Source: Nemertoderma westbladi
Taxonomy: Eukaryota > Animalia > Xenacoelomorpha
DNA: 64,000 bases
Direction: 5' to 3'
Assembly: GCA_032718475.1 (NCBI GenBank)
Contig: JAUCBJ010008807.1
Coordinates: 7,736 to 71,735 of the forward strand
Below are positions 38,793 through 49,677 of the stretch, piece after piece. Position 1 is the stretch's first letter. Every line of letters begins with the position of its first letter. Below the pieces are notes generated by a model, which saw only the letters and a program-made list of their open reading frames with translations, searched no databases and was not told where the DNA came from. A program made the position numbers and the translations under genes.

Positions 38793-38969
38793 TTGTCCTG
38801 GTATAATATCTCTTTAAAATCTGCGTAATTCGATTTACGTTTACGTTAACTATAACCGTAAGGCATCAATTTGCTCGGTATATATCGGTATATATTTTAT
38901 GTATTGCATTGTCATATATATCCAACCTGTTGAAATGTAAAAAGTCACTAAAGATTGCCACAATGAACG

Positions 38970-41050
38970 CACATAGCAAAAGCCAAACAGGGTGAAATGG
39001 TAGCTCTGGCAATGGAATATAACATCGACATCATCTGCATCCAAGAACATCGGATTTGTCATGAAGACACTGCCATGAAGCACAATAACATTGGAAATGG
39101 ATGGACGTTAGTAACAAGCTCAGCAGTAAGAAACTCGGCCAATGCATCAATTGGTGGAGTAGGAATTCTGCTAAACCCATTTACACTTCAGACCTTAAAC
39201 AACATCGAATCTATAAATTCCAGGGTCATGATTGCAACATTTGATGGGAATCCCAAGACAATAGTAATATGTAGCTACAGTCCAACCAATGCATCAGAGC
39301 CAGAACAAGCAGTCAAGTTTTATGAAGATCTGACTGGACTTATAAAGGACATTCCGAAACACAACGTCGAAGTCATTGCTGGTGACCTGAATGCTCAAAT
39401 TGGCCCAAAAGACATCAAGGGTTACACCTATAACACCAGTTCGAACAAACAACACATTCGAAAAGAGTGGGGGAAGCTATGGACCTTTCAATACCCTAAT
39501 GGAACCAAAGCACAACTGGATTACATTCTTAAAAACAAAAAGTGGAGAAACAGCGTGATTAACTGCGAGGCATACAGCTCGTTCAACCTAATTGGTTCGG
39601 ACCACAGAATTGTGACTGCAGAGATCAGACTCAGTTTGAGAGCCAGCAAACTCAGGACAAGCAAGCGAATCAACTATGACTGGGAGAAACTCAGAACTGA
39701 CAATGCAGTAAAGGATGCTTACACAGTAGAAGTTCAAAACCGCTTTGAAGTACTTCAGTCAATAGATGAAAACAAGTCTACCGATTCAACATACCAGAAT
39801 ATAATAAATGCCCACAAGGAATCAGCCAAGAGGCATATTCCCCAGAAACCCAAACGAAAACATTACCGTATGTGCCATGGCAAGAATCTGAGGTTACTTG
39901 TAAGAGAGAAGATCTTAAGATAGCCTACAAAGTTAAAACCGAACAACCAACAACCGAAAACATTAAAAGGTTGAGAAAGCTAAGGACGATCTTAAATTGG
40001 CCTACAACATCAGCCAGGAGAAGTACATACTGTACAGGACAAGATTGAAGAAATTACAACTGCTCACATACAGAAACAATCAAGTCTTACCAGGCAAACT
40101 GTAAATTTGGTTTCTGGGCGGAAAAGTTATACTAAGGGGCGCCTCAAAGCCGATAGTCCTGAAGAACGTGTTGGGAAGTGGAAAAATCACTTCAGCAACT
40201 TGCTTGGGCAGCCACCAAACATCGAGGTCAGCCCTACAAGGAAAATAGATGACAAGACGCAACCTATAGAAACAGGGGACTTCACACCTGCCAAACTCCA
40301 AAGAAGCATTAAAAGCATGTCCAATAATAAAGCGAGTGGATTAGATGAAATCCCAGCGGAGGTATGGGAAGCAGGAGTGCTAAACAGATCATTATTGAAT
40401 GTTTGCAACCGGATGTTAAAAGGGGAAAAGCCACCACCAATTTGGACTAAAGGTCAACTAAAGCCTCTAACTAAGAAAGGAGAACTTGGTGTACCTACAA
40501 ACTATCGTGGGATCTGTCTGCTTGAGGTAGCTGCCAAAATATACAATAAAATGATTCTATATAGGATTAGGCCTCACATAGAGAAACTACTGCGTAAGAG
40601 CCAATACGGATTTCGCCCAAATAAATCAACAATCACTCAGATACTTGCGCTACGGAGACCGATTGAGGGAATTAAGTCAAAGAATCTCCCCGCAGTCCCG
40701 ACTTTTGTAGACTTCAAGAAAGCATTCGACTCAATCTATAGAGGTAAAATTCTGGAAATCCTAAGAGCTTATAGAATACCAGAGTTGTGCCTAGCATTGG
40801 ATTAATATATTGTGACACAGAAGCTCATGTACTCTCACTCTCAGTTCTTCTCAATCCTAACTGGCGTACTGCAAGATGACACATTGGCGCCATTACTATT
40901 TGAATTGTGCCGGATTACGCAATGTGGACGGCCACAAAGGTTGAAGATCTGGGATTAACACTACAAGAACGCAGAAGTGATATCCGGCAACTACAGTCAC
41001 AGACACCGACTTTGCGGATGACATTACCCTGCTCTCTAATACGCGAAAGA
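38970..41050 (+). mobile_element. Degraded RTE-clade LINE (APE endonuclease + RT, several frameshifts)
   Basis: ICIQEHR, GGVGILL, YSPT, AGDLNA, SDHRIV, NYRGICL, VDFKKAFDS, and FADD at ~41011-41022. Confidence 0.9.
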
Positions 41051-41329
41051 CAGTTAAGGAAAGCAAAGGCATGGGTAGCTCTATGAAAAAACTTGGGCGG
41101 TTTGCTGTAATGAATCAGCACATCGTGAGATTTTGGCCCGCATATGTTCAGGAAGAGGAAAGATTGGAAAATTTTTTGATGTCAAAACATTAAATTTTCA
41201 TTCGCATGGTTTTAAGCACTGAGATCGAAATATCGGCAGGGTGTTTTGCATACCACAAATTTACATAGGGTGATTTTATTACCGTGTAATTAATTTTGAG
41301 AGAGATAAATAGTAAATACAGTAGTTTTT

Positions 41330-41445
41330 CAACAAAGCTCATTAAAAGCTGCGTACGCTCATTACTGTGTAAACTCCAGTAGGAATCTTGAATTTCCTGA
41401 CGATGTTCACTATTAATCTTCTCTTTACAGCCCAACTTGCATTTG
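41330..41445 (-). pseudogene. Possible Sola-type transposase N-terminal fragment
   Basis: CKLGCKEKINSEHRQEIQDSYWSLHSNERTQLL resembles the C-x3-C...R..I...(F/Y)W.L motif seen upstream of Sola-like DDD transposases. Confidence 0.35.
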
Positions 41446-41640
41446 TCCAGCATCGTGCAATGCGTGTATATGAGAGTCCCCAATACGTATATCATCAGGA
41501 GATCGACATCTGCTTTGGGCTGCTGTGGCATTGCCATGCAAAATCCCCGGATTTCGTGAATATACTAACTGTTGGACGATGTTATTCTCTTAATCAAAAT
41601 CATAAACATTATCAAATACTTTATAACTCCATCTATCTTT

Positions 41641-43035
41641 GACATCCCCTGCCCACTTACACGATCTTCATCTGACATCCCCTGTCCACCCATTCCATAT
41701 ACATCCGACATCCCCTGTCCACACACCCCATCTATTTCCTCCGAACACCCCTGTCCACCCACTCCATCTACCTCCGACATCCCCTGTCCGCCAACTCCAT
41801 CTACCTCCGACCACCCCTGTCCACCCACTCCATCTACCTCCGACATCCCCTGTCCGACAACTCCATCCACCTCCGACATCCCTTGTCTACTCACTCCATC
41901 TACCTCCGACATCCCCTGTCCACCCACTCCATCTACCTCCGACATCCCCTGTCCGACAACTCCATCAACCTCCGACAACCCCTGTCCACCCACCCCATCT
42001 ACCTCCGACCACCCCTGTCCAACCACCCCATCTACCTCCAACCACCCCCGTCCACCCACCCTATCTACCTCCGACTACCCCTGTCCACCCACCCCATCTA
42101 CCTCCGACCACCCCTGTCCACCCACTCAATTTACCTCCGACATCCCCTGTCCACCCACCCCATCTACCACCGACCACACCTGTCCAACACTCAATCTACC
42201 TCCGACATCCCCTGTCCACCCACCCCATCTACCTCCGACATCCCGTCCGCCAACTCCATCTACCTCTGACGTCCCCTGTCCACCCACCCCATCTACCTCC
42301 GACATCCCCAGTCCAACCACCCCATCTACCTCCGACATCCCCTGTACACCCACCCCATCTACCTCCGACAACCCCTGTCCACCCACACCATCTACCTCCG
42401 ACATCCCCTGTACACCCACCCCATCTACCTCCGACAACCCCTGTCCACCCACACCATCTACCTCCGACCACCCCTGCCCACCCACCCCATCTACCTCCGA
42501 CCACCCCTGTCCACCCACCCCATCTACCTCCGACCACCCCTGTATACCCACCCCATCTACCTCCGACCACCCCTGCCCACCCACCCCATCTACCTCCGAC
42601 AACCCCTGTCCACCCACCCCATCTACCTCGTACATCCCCTGTCCGCCAACTCCATCTACCTCTGACAACCACTGTCCACCCACCCCATCCACCTCCGACA
42701 ACCCCTGTCCACCCACCCCATCTACCTCCAACCGCCCCTGTCCACCCACTCCATCTACCTCTTACATCCCCTGTCCACGCACTCCAACTATCTCCTCCGA
42801 CCACCCCTGTCCACCCACCCCATCTACCTCCGACCACCCCTGTCCACCCTCCCCATCTACCCCCGACAACCCCTGTCCACCCACCCCATCTACCTCCGAC
42901 CACCGCTGTCCACCCACTCAATCTACTTCCGACATCCCCTGTTCACGCACTCCATCTATCTCCTCCGACCACCCCTGTCCACCAACCCCATCTACCTCCG
43001 ACATCCCCTGTCCACCCACCCCATCTACCTCCAAC
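41641..43035. repeat. 33-bp C-rich minisatellite, about 42 copies
   Basis: Consensus tccgac(a/c)(t/a)cccctgtccacccaccccatctacc. It accounts for the PTPSTSDIPCP and PPTTPVHPPHL ORFs. Confidence 0.95.
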
Positions 43036-43233
43036 TGTAGCGCCCACTCGATGCCTTACCTATCGTTCGCACACTTTACTCGTTTCCTTGAGTATTACGT
43101 ATTCTAGAATATATATAACACAACAATGTTTAACAATAATAAAATAGCTCACTAGTACGTTAGTTATTTATATGTGGCATTTACATCCCCCACATTGGTG
43201 ACCCGGACGTTAGATTAATTTCCTAACTTAATA

Positions 43234-44100
43234 ATGAACAATTTGCCTGATAATATTAATGAGGCGGCAGCCGGTGCATTCGACTATGGACGTTTGGCAC
43301 ATGAGCTCCACGCCCTTCAACTCGGAAATCCACTGGTCAATGCTACTCCTGCCATATCAACAGTCGCTGTGAAACTCCCTTCTTTCTGGACCGCGCAACC
43401 CGAGGTTTGGTTCAAGGAAGTGGAAGCTCAGTTAGATTTAAAAGGAATTACGGCAGACCTCACTAAATACAACTATGTAATCCAGGCCCTTGGTAACACA
43501 GTAGCAACTAAAATTGGTGCATTCATCTTGAACCCACCAGAAGCTAACAGATATGAAGCTCTGAAAACTATACTCCTCAAAACTTATGGGCTTACAGAAC
43601 AACAAAAGGGAGCCAAGTTACTAGCAATCAATGGCCTGGGTGATCGCCACCCATCTTCTCTACTACGATACATGGCTACGTTAGTTCCTGCTGACACCTA
43701 CAGGGGGTATACATTCCGTAGTCTATTCCTACAACATCTACCTGAAACAGTCCGCATAGCCCTGGCCAGAGACCTTCCTACGGACATTGAAGATCTTGCA
43801 TTTGCCACTGCCTCTATCATAGAGGCCCAAGGTCCAACTCATTATCGTGGTATAGCTGCAGTGGAAGTTGATGCCATAGGTAGACAACAGAAACGCACCC
43901 AACAGCGTCAGAGCCAAAGGAATGCACCTCCCACTCAACTACCTCGTGTAAACCGCCGATCCACCACTCGCTGCGCCAATCACCAGCGTTATGGCACGCA
44001 TACCTGGGCTTGCTGCACTATTCTCCCTGGTTCCACTTGCGACATGGCACACATCGCAGCACCCAGACCTTCGGGAAACGCCACTGCCGACGCCCAGTAG
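43234..44100 (+). CDS. gag: Gypsy Gag (288 aa)
   Basis: VKLPSFW...PEVWF..VEAQ...GIT motif, GLGDRHPS.LL, and a C-terminal C..H..YG....C knuckle-like motif. Confidence 0.85.
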   Translation: MNNLPDNINEAAAGAFDYGRLAHELHALQLGNPLVNATPAISTVAVKLPSFWTAQPEVWFKEVEAQLDLKGITADLTKYNYVIQALGNTVATKIGAFILNPPEANRYEALKTILLKTYGLTEQQKGAKLLAINGLGDRHPSSLLRYMATLVPADTYRGYTFRSLFLQHLPETVRIALARDLPTDIEDLAFATASIIEAQGPTHYRGIAAVEVDAIGRQQKRTQQRQSQRNAPPTQLPRVNRRSTTRCANHQRYGTHTWACCTILPGSTCDMAHIAAPRPSGNATADAQ

Positions 44101-44118
44101 CCGTCCAGGCCGTCGGCA
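44073..44118 (+). promoter_or_regulatory. -1 programmed ribosomal frameshift signal (gag to pol)
   Basis: In-phase slippery heptamer G GGA AAC (44073-44079), 5-nt spacer, and stem tgccgacg (44085-44092) / cgtcggca (44111-44118). The -1 frame is the protease ORF. Confidence 0.8.
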
Positions 44119-45258
44119 ACAAACCCAAACAGAAAGATGGCATGAAAACAATGACAGTCTGGGACCGCAAGACCGGACGTCAGTTTCTTGTCGACTGCGG
44201 TGCCGATGAGTCCGTCATCCCAGCATCAAGACTCTATCATTCACGTACTCAAACTACACCTCTCATTGCTGCTAATGGCTCACGCATCTCAGCATGGGGG
44301 GCGACAACAATTGCCCTCGAACTGGACAACCAAACCTTCGTCCAACGTTTCAACATTGCTGATGTACAACAAACAATCCTTGGTGCAGATTTCTTCATAG
44401 CTAATAATCTGGCCATCGATTTGGCCAATCGGCGTTTAATTGACCTAGAGACATACGCTACAATACCGGCAGGATCAACATCAGTGATATGAAATATCAA
44501 TGGGCTCCATAAACCCAGAGTGGATGATGTCAACCTCGCTTCCATCCTCGATGAGTTCCCTGAACTCCTAATCCCACGTTTCCATGCCTCTGCTCCAAAC
44601 TTACATGGTGTTGAAACCACCTCCCCACTAACGGCCCACCCATTTTCGCCCACGCGAGACGTCTTCATGCCGACCAGCTGGAGGTAGCCCCAGCTGAATT
44701 TAAGAAAATGGAAGACTTGGGAATCATCCGTCGCAGCAATTCTGCTTGGGCCACACCACTACATGGCTTCATATATGTGGATGACATCCTGGTAGCTAGT
44801 AGCAACCGCACTGAACATGCTTCTCACTTGAGAGAGGTTTTCTCGGCACTGTCCCGCAATGGCATGGTCATCCTGCGCCCCAAATGTGTATTCGGTGTCA
44901 ATGAGCTTACCTTCCTGGGCCATAAAGTCACTTCAACTGGCATCACCCCCCTACCTGAACGTGTTGAAGCTGTTATTAATTTCCCGGTACCCGTTGACAA
45001 ACATCAGCTGCAAAGATTCTTAGGCATGATCAATTATTACCACCGGTTTATGCCCAACCTCGCTGCCCGCCTCCACCCACTTCACAACGCAACTAAAGGG
45101 AAAGGCAGACCCATTATCTGGACTGAAGAATGTCAATCATCATTCGAGGAAGCTAAATCTGCCCTTGCAAATGCAGCTATGCTACACCATCCCAATCCTA
45201 GCTTTAAGTATTCGGTATCCGTTGATGCCTCGGACATGGCAGTAGGTGGATCACTAGA

Positions 45259-46500
45259 TGTTTGCGCTTTTGAAGACCTTTGACAGTTTAACCTGCCAAA
45301 ATTAGAATGTCTTTTGGATGATAGATAGTCTTTAGCCTATGACGAGTATTTGATACACTACATTAGCCGAAGCCAGTCTATGCGCAATCATTCACCCGTT
45401 GGATATACCCGGGAGACTGAGTTCGGAGCTTAATGATTGATGGTGTAAGCCTACTGTATTATTCGACTGATCGTAATATATAATCTCTGACAAATATTAT
45501 TCACTTTCGGGAAATATTAACAGTCCCTTTAGGACGTGGCGCTCTAAATATGTAAACAGAGTTATGACTTAAACTAGACGCAACGAAAAGGCTATAGATT
45601 CACGTATATGGCGCATTCTTTAGGAGATGCTTTGTTATCAGTTACACTCATACACAATGCTGCACAATACTGCACACTAATCTGCCGACCTTCACTAAAT
45701 TTGGTCACGTATAAAGAGAGCAACAGACAATTTATGTTGGGCATATGAAATAGCATTAGATTCACTGCAAACCACTTAACATAGGTCGCAATCGTTTATC
45801 TGTAACCGGTCTCTCTAACCTTTAGTATATCAAGAAGTTGGGGTGTCTGACTATTGATCAGGATTCCGATATAATATTTCATCAACCAATATAATGAACA
45901 ACCGACAATAAAAGCAGTAAAGTTAAGGTATAAATGATTATTAAGTGAGTGAGTATGAGTAGGTAGGTAAGATAACAGATATACGTTCTATAATTAAGCC
46001 TACTAATGTAAGACTAAAGACTGAAACACGGAGGTGCCAAAAGCCGGTGTTCTTAGGCTCTGGGCAAAAACATAACACTGAACTATTGAGTTCTGTATAC
46101 ACCTCCAACACAGAGACAAAAACGCTCTGATTGGTCAACCGAACAACGAGAGAACAAAGAAACAAAGAAACGTCGACGTGGCAATATCAGCTGTTAGCCG
46201 TCGTCATGGTAGCGACACTGTTTTCAAGAGTATCTAGCTTATCGCGTCACGAGATTGCGGATTATGTCCTCTAAAGTACAAATACAGTACAAATACAGAA
46301 GAAATGACTTTTATGTCCTCTAAAACACCAGTGCAGCAAGGACACGGCCTTTTTATGCCTGGTAAACCAACTACAGAGTACTTTGAGGGAAAATAACCGG
46401 TTAATGACGCAAAAGCTTTTACACCGCTCCCAGAAAATGGGATTTAAGTCTATAAAATATAACAAATCACAGTTTCTAAAATATAAAAATACTCTAAACA
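45259..46500 (-). repeat. Putative 3' LTR of the BEL element (~1.24 kb; inner boundary tentative)
   Basis: Minus-strand termini TGTTT (46500) ... AAACA (45259). Contains CAGCTG, CCAAT (ccaatcagagcg) and an Inr-like TCAGT near 46081. The second LTR is not available for confirmation. Confidence 0.45.
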
Positions 46501-46501
46501 G

Positions 46502-46793
46502 TTAGTCTTTCTTACGCAGACGGCGTTTACGCAGTTTTTTGAGGCTAGCAAGAGTCCTTTTCTCTTTGGGGCGAGCCACTTTACTAGGAGGGCTATAAAC
46601 CCTGGGTGAAGGGTGCAATATGATTGCATCAGAAGGTGTAGGATTATGGTCGGGGTATCCGCCGTTTCGATATGCTTCTCCTCGAGCTGATTTTCCTCCG
46701 CTCGTAGCTGGATACGTCCATCCAAAACTCTCGCAGAGAATGGGGTTGTCTAACTTCGATATCTTCTTAGAGATTCTGGATTTCACAATCGAA
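46502..46793 (-). CDS. Possible terminal exon/ORF with a basic C-terminus in the BEL 3' accessory region
   Basis: Open frame after acceptor tttatctcag (46794). Ends LKKLRKRRLRKKD* immediately before the putative LTR. Confidence 0.3.
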
Positions 46794-46893
46794 CTGAGAT
46801 AAAGACAATTCGTTTATCGCTTGGACTTGCTGTTACAACTTACGTTTATCTGAACAAACGCAGGTTTCCTTTCTGATCTTTGTAGAATAGCGT

Positions 46894-48025
46894 TTAACTC
46901 GTTTGGTACAACGCTCTCCGCCACTTTGGTGACAGGTTATATCGTGTTAAGCCGGGACGATGGTAAGGGTTAAACGGCGATATTAAATGTCCGCGTCCCA
47001 ATCCGGCTAGGTAGAATGGGCTAATATCTAGGAAGCCCACAACTAGGGTGCCACCGACTAATTGTTCAGGTAACCCTAGATCTTTGAGCAGTGAGTACAG
47101 CTCGGGAGGATCCGTCATACTAATAGGATCAAGAGTCTGAAGTCTCACTAGGGAATGAGGAGTTCTGATCGAGTATTCCGAAACTCTGATCATTGGTTTA
47201 TTTAAGGATCGTCTGAGTCGAACGAACGTAGGTGATACATTGAACAAGTTTCGCTCGAAACTCCCGTAAGTATAGCGAGTAAAACCGTGTTTAAAGCAAC
47301 GTCTCCGCGGATGTTTATGTCTTTCCGTTTGTTGGTTGGGTCTTGGGCATTCATCGCAATAATACCAAAAACGCACGTCTTGTAGGGGAAACGCGAGTGA
47401 TCTTTCTCCAGCTTACAATATTCCTCCATCCGTTCGAAGCTATCCGGTACAACAGGTAGCGATCGATCGGCGGTAAGATACATCATAGTGGAATAGAGCC
47501 GTTTGAGTTCTACCATGCGGTCATGATGTATACCTTGAGGATATCGAGTTTCTAGATTCTGTTGACTGGTAATATCGAGATAGGTTTCTCTCAAGCATTC
47601 CAGGTATTTGGTGGAGTCGCTGCGTTTATCCGGCTCTTCGACATCTGCACTTTCGAGTCGGTTTCGAATAGAATTTTCGTGTTCGAGTCTCAGTTTATCG
47701 TCCCGCTTCCGCTGGGTATGATATTTAAATAAAACCATTTCCCTTTCGGTGTCTATATCGTCCGTATCGTGTAGGTCGATAGGATGACCAGTAGTTAAGA
47801 AGTCCACATACGTACCATTACGATGCGTATAGCGAGCGGTGAATTTTCTATAGTCCAACTCACGCGTGAGCTGCTCTTGGGACATTGGCGGTTTGATATA
47901 ACGACCATCGTCCTCCGCAGCAGTTGGACCAGCGTAGCCGCGTATCAAGCTATCAACAAACGCTTGTAAAGGTAGAGTATATCGCTCCCTGATACCAAGA
48001 TCATCTTCTATCAACTCAATCCTAT
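46894..48025 (-). CDS. Unknown accessory protein of the BEL element (270-aa ORF, probably continuing through a frameshift near 47200 into ~100 further aa)
   Basis: ORFs 47202-48014 and 46894-47376 have coding-like composition. No in-frame ATG at the 5' end, but an atatagcag acceptor at ~48026. Confidence 0.5.
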
Positions 48026-48855
48026 CTGCTATATAAGTTTATCCATATTATAATGAGTTTATATTTAGGCGAGCGGGCGTCGCTGCCTACCCCTCTCTGC
48101 CCCCGGACAGTGCGAGATCCTCAGCGCTGGTGTACTTTCGCCGATGTGCCTATCGCCAACGTCGTAGCTGCACAACGACTACAACAACCAGCACGAGCCA
48201 CTCCACCGTCCGTCCCAAAGGCTTAGATATACTTCGGGTTCTTACTGGAGAGTTAGGGTTACTTTCACAATTGCGACTCGCTACTGTAAACACACCTTAG
48301 TAGTAACATTCACCTACAAACGCACAAATTCCACGTAACAGTCACAAATGGTACACATTCTATCACACATTCGGGTCATTTGTCCGTTAGTCAAGTGCCT
48401 TCCAGAATGTCACGTTGTTATTATGTATCCTTGGATACTAGCGGTGTGCTATTTATTCCGTATGCTATTCAATACGCAAGCCCTTTATTGTTCTTTTAAC
48501 TCACTTCTAATTCTAGCGTGGTTGTTGCCATGGTGACATTATGGAAAGCTAGCGGTAGAATTAGGGTAATTCTCATGCATACAGATCTGGGATGCTATTT
48601 AATAGTAATTCTTTAATGGTCAATATCCCTTTTATACATGATTCTATGAATTTTATCGGCTATTGACTATGCATTGGAGATTCTCGCACACAAATACACT
48701 TAATAAAGTGAATCTCCGCTCCCATGATCTATTAATTAATTGAATTTTGGGAATGTTATAAATTGTACAAATGACAATTTATTAAATTCATTGAAATATA
48801 TGAATTTAAATTTATTCCCGTAAATTTTATTATTTAATATTAAAATGGACACAAT

Positions 48856-49120
48856 TTTATTCCAGAACGTGTCTGGGGACTGGGATCCTTGATTCTAGGA
48901 ATTTTGTCCTTTTAAGAGTATCGGTAAGTGCTACGATATCTTAATCGACTAGAATTTTAAGGATCTGATATTTGACAGATTTTTGTAAATATTAATAATT
49001 AATATTTAGGATGGGCACCAGTTTATTCCAGAACTTGTCTGGGGACGTTAACCATTGATTCTAGAAATTTGTCTTTCAAGTATATCGGTGGGTGCCGCGA
49101 TATCTTAATCGACTAGAATT
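48856..49120. repeat. Diverged ~100-bp direct repeat, period ~166
   Basis: tttattccagaac.tgtctggggac ... gatatcttaatcgactagaatt at 48856 and 49022. Confidence 0.8.
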
Positions 49121-49677
49121 ACAGATGGTCAAAGGGTTTAACAGATTTATTTTGCGTTATACGCTACTGTTAAAAGGGACATCACGCTACTATATGTATT
49201 ATTTAATATACGGTATGAGAGCAATATTGCAAGAAGCAATGTCAGTGTGAAGAGGCAAGTCGTTTCCAAGGTCTACCCAGAGCTTGGTTTAGCCGAGACA
49301 CGAGGATCTGAACTTTGCATTCCTAATACTCTGCCTACCAATAATACTTAAATATAGTAGTGGCTTTATTGTACTTTAATAAGTACGGATATTTCATCTT
49401 ACTGTAGTCACATATTGATAATGTAATACGGGCAGTAAGGAAAGAGAAAAAGAATTATTTCTCGCCGTCACACTAAATATATATTATAAGTAATTACGTA
49501 CGTAATAAACACTAATATATTGCACTAATCTACTAAATGATCACTAAAATAACATGTTACTAAATAAAATTAAATAAAACGATGAAAATAAAATTACATA
49601 ATAATATATACATAAATATAAAAATAAAACAAATACAAATATAAAGTAATATGGTCACACACCCACTCCAGCCGTTG

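Larger units (their letters stand above)
43036..45258 (+). mobile_element. Ty3/Gypsy LTR retrotransposon, 5' part (LTR 43036-43194, PBS, gag, PR, internally deleted RT), cut in RNase H by a BEL element
   Basis: TGTAG...CCACA LTR with TATA and AATAAA. PBS tggtgacccggacgt (43196-43210) is complementary to the tRNA-Trp 3' end with 1 mismatch. Protease FLVDCGA, RT YVDD, RNase H start VDASD. Confidence 0.88.

Noticed and set aside
41565-43147. 500-aa Pro/Thr/Cys-rich ORFs as real genes
   Set aside because: They are open in several frames on both strands because the 33-bp unit lacks stops. Frames swap at an indel and there is no non-repetitive domain.
45259-49661. A single 4.4-kb 3' LTR starting after ggagtggg just past the integrase stop
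   Set aside because: Possible but disfavoured: TGTTT/AAACA termini and promoter motifs fit 45259-46500 better. It cannot be settled without the 5' LTR.
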